DNA of 45,777 nucleotides from Candidatus Nanohaloarchaea archaeon (GTDB taxonomy: Archaea; Nanohalarchaeota; Nanosalinia; Nanosalinales; Nanosalinaceae), in assembly GCA_046539225.1 (NCBI GenBank), contig JBKHHG010000001.1:1-45777 (forward strand), written 5' to 3'. The translations under genes and the position numbers were made by a program. The notes beneath the pieces were generated by a model. That model was not told the DNA's origin and ran no database searches. It saw only the letters and a list, made by a program, of their open reading frames with translations. This document shows, piece after piece, positions 43,191 through 45,777 of the stretch (positions are counted from its first letter, which is position 1; the number at the start of each line of letters is the position of its first letter).

Positions 43191-44504
43191 ATGAAAATTC
43201 ACACGATTGGAGGATATGAACAGGTCGGCATGAATATGACCGCAGTCGAGGTTGACGGACAGGTCGTCATCTTTGACATGGGTTACAACATGGAAGAGGT
43301 CATATCTTCTGAAGAACAGATCGACGAACTTACGACAAATCAAACCCTGGACACGGGAGCAATCCCACAAGACGAGGATATAATGGATAAGGATGTCCGC
43401 GCCATCGTAATCGGCCACGGACACCTGGACCACGTCGGAGCGATTCCAAAACTGGCGGGAGCCTATGACGCCCCGATTATCTGCACTCCTTACACGAAGA
43501 AGATCGTGGAGAGAGGGATGCAGGACGACAGGAAGAACATCAACAACGATGTGATCGAGCTTGAAAACGGAGAGGAGTACTCGATCTCGGACAAGTTAGG
43601 CCTCGAGTTCATCCATAACAACCACTCCATCCCCGATGCTACACTGAGCTACCTGAAGACTCCGGAAGGCGGAGTCATCTACGGGAACGACATGAAGTTC
43701 GACAGGAAACCTGTAGTCGGGGAGAACGCGGACATCGACAGGATGAAGGAGATCGGAAGAAGCGGAGACCTCAAGGTTATGATCCCTGGAACCACTTCGG
43801 CCGGCGAACCGGGAAGAGTCAAACCCGAGGAATCCGTCAAGGTCGAGATCGAACAGCTGCTCCAGAACTGTTATGATGCCGGGGGCGCAGTCTTCATCAC
43901 AACCTTCTCAAGCCAGATACAGAGACTTAACTCCATCCTCGAAGCAAACAACGGAAGAAGAAAAGTCGCCTTCGTAGGAAGATCTTTGAAAGAGTACACC
44001 AAGTCAGCAGAAGACTTAGGCCTCATCGACCTCTCCGACGTAGAGGTTGCATCCTACTATGATGAATGCGAAAAACTGATGGACCGAGTCGCAGGCGAGC
44101 GGGAAGAGTGGCTTGTAGTCGCGACAGGAAACCAGGGAGAACCAGGAAGCCAGATGGACAAACTCGCCTCACAGCAGTACCCATTCAGCTTCGAGAAAGG
44201 AGACCACGTAATCTTCTCCTCAAGAGTCATCCCAACACCGCCAAGCCGGGCAAACCGCTACTGGCTGGAGAAAAAACTGGAGGAACAAGGAGTCAGACTC
44301 TACAAAAACGTCCACACATCCGGACACGCCAAGAAAGAAGACCACAGAGACTTCATCACCTTCCTACAGCCAGACAACATCATCCCTTCACACGGACCGA
44401 TTCAGAAACAAGGAGACTATTTACAGCTCGCGAGAGAAGAAGGCTACACACTTGAAGAAGACATCTTCCTATCAGAAAACGGAAGAACAATCCAAATCGA
44501 GTAA
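43191..44504 (+). CDS. rnj: archaeal RNase J (MBL/beta-CASP ribonuclease)
   Basis: 437 aa. 'IHTIGGYEQVGMNMTAV', 'VIGHGHLDHVGAIPKL', 'HSIPDA', 'HTSGHA'. Length matches the archaeal RNase J class. Confidence 0.85.
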   Translation: MKIHTIGGYEQVGMNMTAVEVDGQVVIFDMGYNMEEVISSEEQIDELTTNQTLDTGAIPQDEDIMDKDVRAIVIGHGHLDHVGAIPKLAGAYDAPIICTPYTKKIVERGMQDDRKNINNDVIELENGEEYSISDKLGLEFIHNNHSIPDATLSYLKTPEGGVIYGNDMKFDRKPVVGENADIDRMKEIGRSGDLKVMIPGTTSAGEPGRVKPEESVKVEIEQLLQNCYDAGGAVFITTFSSQIQRLNSILEANNGRRKVAFVGRSLKEYTKSAEDLGLIDLSDVEVASYYDECEKLMDRVAGEREEWLVVATGNQGEPGSQMDKLASQQYPFSFEKGDHVIFSSRVIPTPPSRANRYWLEKKLEEQGVRLYKNVHTSGHAKKEDHRDFITFLQPDNIIPSHGPIQKQGDYLQLAREEGYTLEEDIFLSENGRTIQIE

Positions 44505-44515
44505 GACTTTACTCG

Positions 44516-44556
44516 AGGCCTGTTTTAGGCCTTAATCTTTCTTATTTTATTTTAAT
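44516..44556 (+). terminator. AGGCCT-GTTTT-AGGCCT hairpin plus T-rich tract between convergent genes
   Basis: The hexamers at 44516-44521 and 44527-44532 form a 6-bp stem 12 nt after the rnj stop, followed by TAATCTTTCTTATTTTATTTTAATTT. Confidence 0.5.
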
Positions 44557-44568
44557 TTCTAACAAATA

Positions 44569-45777
44569 TTATCCGTAATATTCTAACAAAATCCATCCAT
44601 GGCCGTCACTACTCCCACCATCAGTTGCAGTTCCACTATCAACTACAAGAGAACTATTAATCTCTTGGCCTCCATTATCCCCGGCTTCATCAGCGTCTCC
44701 GCCTGTACCTCCTTGACAATTAAGAGAACCACAGTCAACACTCTCACCAGATTCACCATTATCTTGGAAACCTGAGCCTCCTGAACCGGCTCTAGCACCC
44801 CCTCCACCAGCATATCCAACATCATTACCGCTACCTCCCCCTGCTTCAGCGGCAGCAACAAACGCAGAATCAGAGTTCAGCCATATCTCTGTTGATCCTC
44901 CGCCTGCACCAGCCTGTCCTGAACCACCACCTATACCCCCGTTAGATCGGCCCCACCCCTCACTATCTGAGGCTGACTCTCCTTTTTCACCAACCCAGAT
45001 CGAAATAGTGGAGTAATTAGAAACATCTACCCTGTATTCCTCAAGATAACCTCCTGAGCCTCCCTCTTTATTATCGTATTCGTCACCGTCAGCACCATGC
45101 ATTTCTACTATTTTAATCTCTTCAACAGATTCCGAAAAACCACTATCTAGATCAATTTGATAACCATCATCTCCTGCAGTAGTCTCGTTAACTTGTACAT
45201 CACCTGAATCATCATAGGTATAATTCACAGTGTCAAGTAGAGTCAAACTTCCGCCATTGTCGTCATCTCCGCCTTCATCTCCAGAACTGCCATCGTTATT
45301 ATCATTCTCTTCGTGATCATCTTCTGGTAGGCCTTCATAACCGCCAGAATCCGTTAACTCCAAATCACCAGAAACAGTACCGCTTTGACTCAAATTAGAC
45401 AAACTACCGCTATCATAAGTAACTTCCACATCCAATGAATTACTCCCATCACCACGAGACACATTAGGCAACTCAAAAACCTTATCACTACCCACAGAAA
45501 CCCCATTCTCACTCTCAAACTCCTTAAAAACCCACTCACCGCTGTCAGGATCGGAAACATTAACTCTAGAAACAACAATCTCATCATCCGCACCATTACG
45601 CATAGAAAGGCCTAATTCATCATCACCGGAAATACCAAAATCCTCAACAACCACATCATTACCAGAAAAACCACTCACAGAATCGGTCGATTGATTGCCT
45701 ACAGTAGAAAATATAGCACCTCCAGCTATCGCAACAACCAGAAGCATCCAGCCATAAGTCATTAGGTACTCGATAGC
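44569..45777 (-). CDS. prepilin-like protein fused to a glycine-rich (ALK/LTK GRD-type, Pfam Gly_rich-like) domain; 5' end beyond the window
   Basis: The reading frame stays open upstream of the track Met, reading ...AIEYL-MTYGWMLLVVAIAGGAIFSTV. 'EYLxTYGW' plus a hydrophobic helix is a typical archaeal class III signal/pilin N-terminus, so the true start is off-window. The C-terminal half shows the pattern 'MHGADG...GGSGGYLEEY..ISIWVGEKG...SNGGIGGGSGQAGAGGGSTEIWL...FVAAAEAGGGSG...YAGGGGARAGSGG'. Confidence 0.7.
   Translation of the reverse strand, partial: AIEYLMTYGWMLLVVAIAGGAIFSTVGNQSTDSVSGFSGNDVVVEDFGISGDDELGLSMRNGADDEIVVSRVNVSDPDSGEWVFKEFESENGVSVGSDKVFELPNVSRGDGSNSLDVEVTYDSGSLSNLSQSGTVSGDLELTDSGGYEGLPEDDHEENDNNDGSSGDEGGDDDNGGSLTLLDTVNYTYDDSGDVQVNETTAGDDGYQIDLDSGFSESVEEIKIVEMHGADGDEYDNKEGGSGGYLEEYRVDVSNYSTISIWVGEKGESASDSEGWGRSNGGIGGGSGQAGAGGGSTEIWLNSDSAFVAAAEAGGGSGNDVGYAGGGGARAGSGGSGFQDNGESGESVDCGSLNCQGGTGGDADEAGDNGGQEINSSLVVDSGTATDGGSSDGHGWILLEYYG

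Larger units (their letters stand above)
1..45777. repeat. dispersed hyper-abundant palindromic hexamer AGGCCT (about 230 copies, roughly one per 200 bp)
   Basis: Manual scan of every line. Examples: 28-33, 1561-1566, 3017-3022, 9277-9282, 13004-13009, 29124-29129, 36760-36765, 36771-36776, 44516-44521, 44527-44532. Copies occur in CDS on both strands, in intergenic DNA and in the tRNA intron. Confidence 0.85.

Noticed and set aside
43110-43433. 107-aa minus-strand ORF overlapping the rnj start and the divergent promoter region.
   Set aside because: It overlaps the well-supported RNase J N-terminus (HxHxDH region) on the opposite strand and has an atypical Cys/Phe/His-rich composition.
44569-45777. 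Lower GC content and C-rich/G-poor plus strand of the glycine-rich pilin-like gene as evidence of recent horizontal transfer.
   Set aside because: The skew is largely explained by the Gly/Asp/Glu/Ser-rich protein (GGN/GAN codons on the minus strand). Genome-wide codon statistics would be needed before claiming transfer.
1-45777. Screen for CRISPR arrays, IS elements, integrases, prophage genes, toxin-antitoxin pairs or recognisable defence systems.
   Set aside because: I saw no direct-repeat/spacer arrays, no transposase, integrase or recombinase motifs, no terminal inverted repeats, and no nuclease/ATPase pairs resembling known defence systems. The two NYN genes and the HD protein are solitary and embedded among housekeeping genes.

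Overview
The window is a compact archaeal chromosome segment. It is over 90% coding, intergenic gaps are mostly under 100 bp, and many start and stop codons overlap. I call about 50 CDS and one intron-containing tRNA. I see no rRNA, CRISPR array, transposase or integrase.

Archaeal identity is direct from the gene content: RFC small and large subunits, thermosome, GatD/GatE, archaeal RNase J, a Fap7/AK6-like kinase, class III (type IV pilin) signal peptides, and a bulge-helix-bulge tRNA intron. Predicted proteins are strongly acidic (D/E-rich) and often short for their families. By inference this fits a halophilic, reduced-genome archaeon (Nanohaloarchaeota/DPANN-like), but I cannot confirm taxonomy without a search.

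Housekeeping genes include nfo, sod, dcd, a TatD-family hydrolase, trx, mscS, lhr, rfcS/rfcL, ths, gatD/gatE and rnj.

The most notable items are:
1. The palindromic hexamer AGGCCT is extremely over-represented, about 230 copies by eye or roughly one per 200 bp. It occurs in all codon phases and in non-coding DNA.
2. An 11-gene Epd/Tad-like type IV pilus locus at about 27.1-36.4 kb has seven prepilin-like genes, a split platform protein and a FlaI/PilB-type ATPase.
3. A further pilin-like gene at the right edge is fused to an ALK/LTK-type glycine-rich domain.
4. tRNA-Trp carries an unusually long (~196 nt), highly structured intron with box C/D-like motifs.
5. The gatD...gatE operon is split by four tightly coupled small genes.
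6. Two tandem BatA_N-vWA membrane proteins sit together.

All functional calls rest on motif recognition by eye. No database search was possible.
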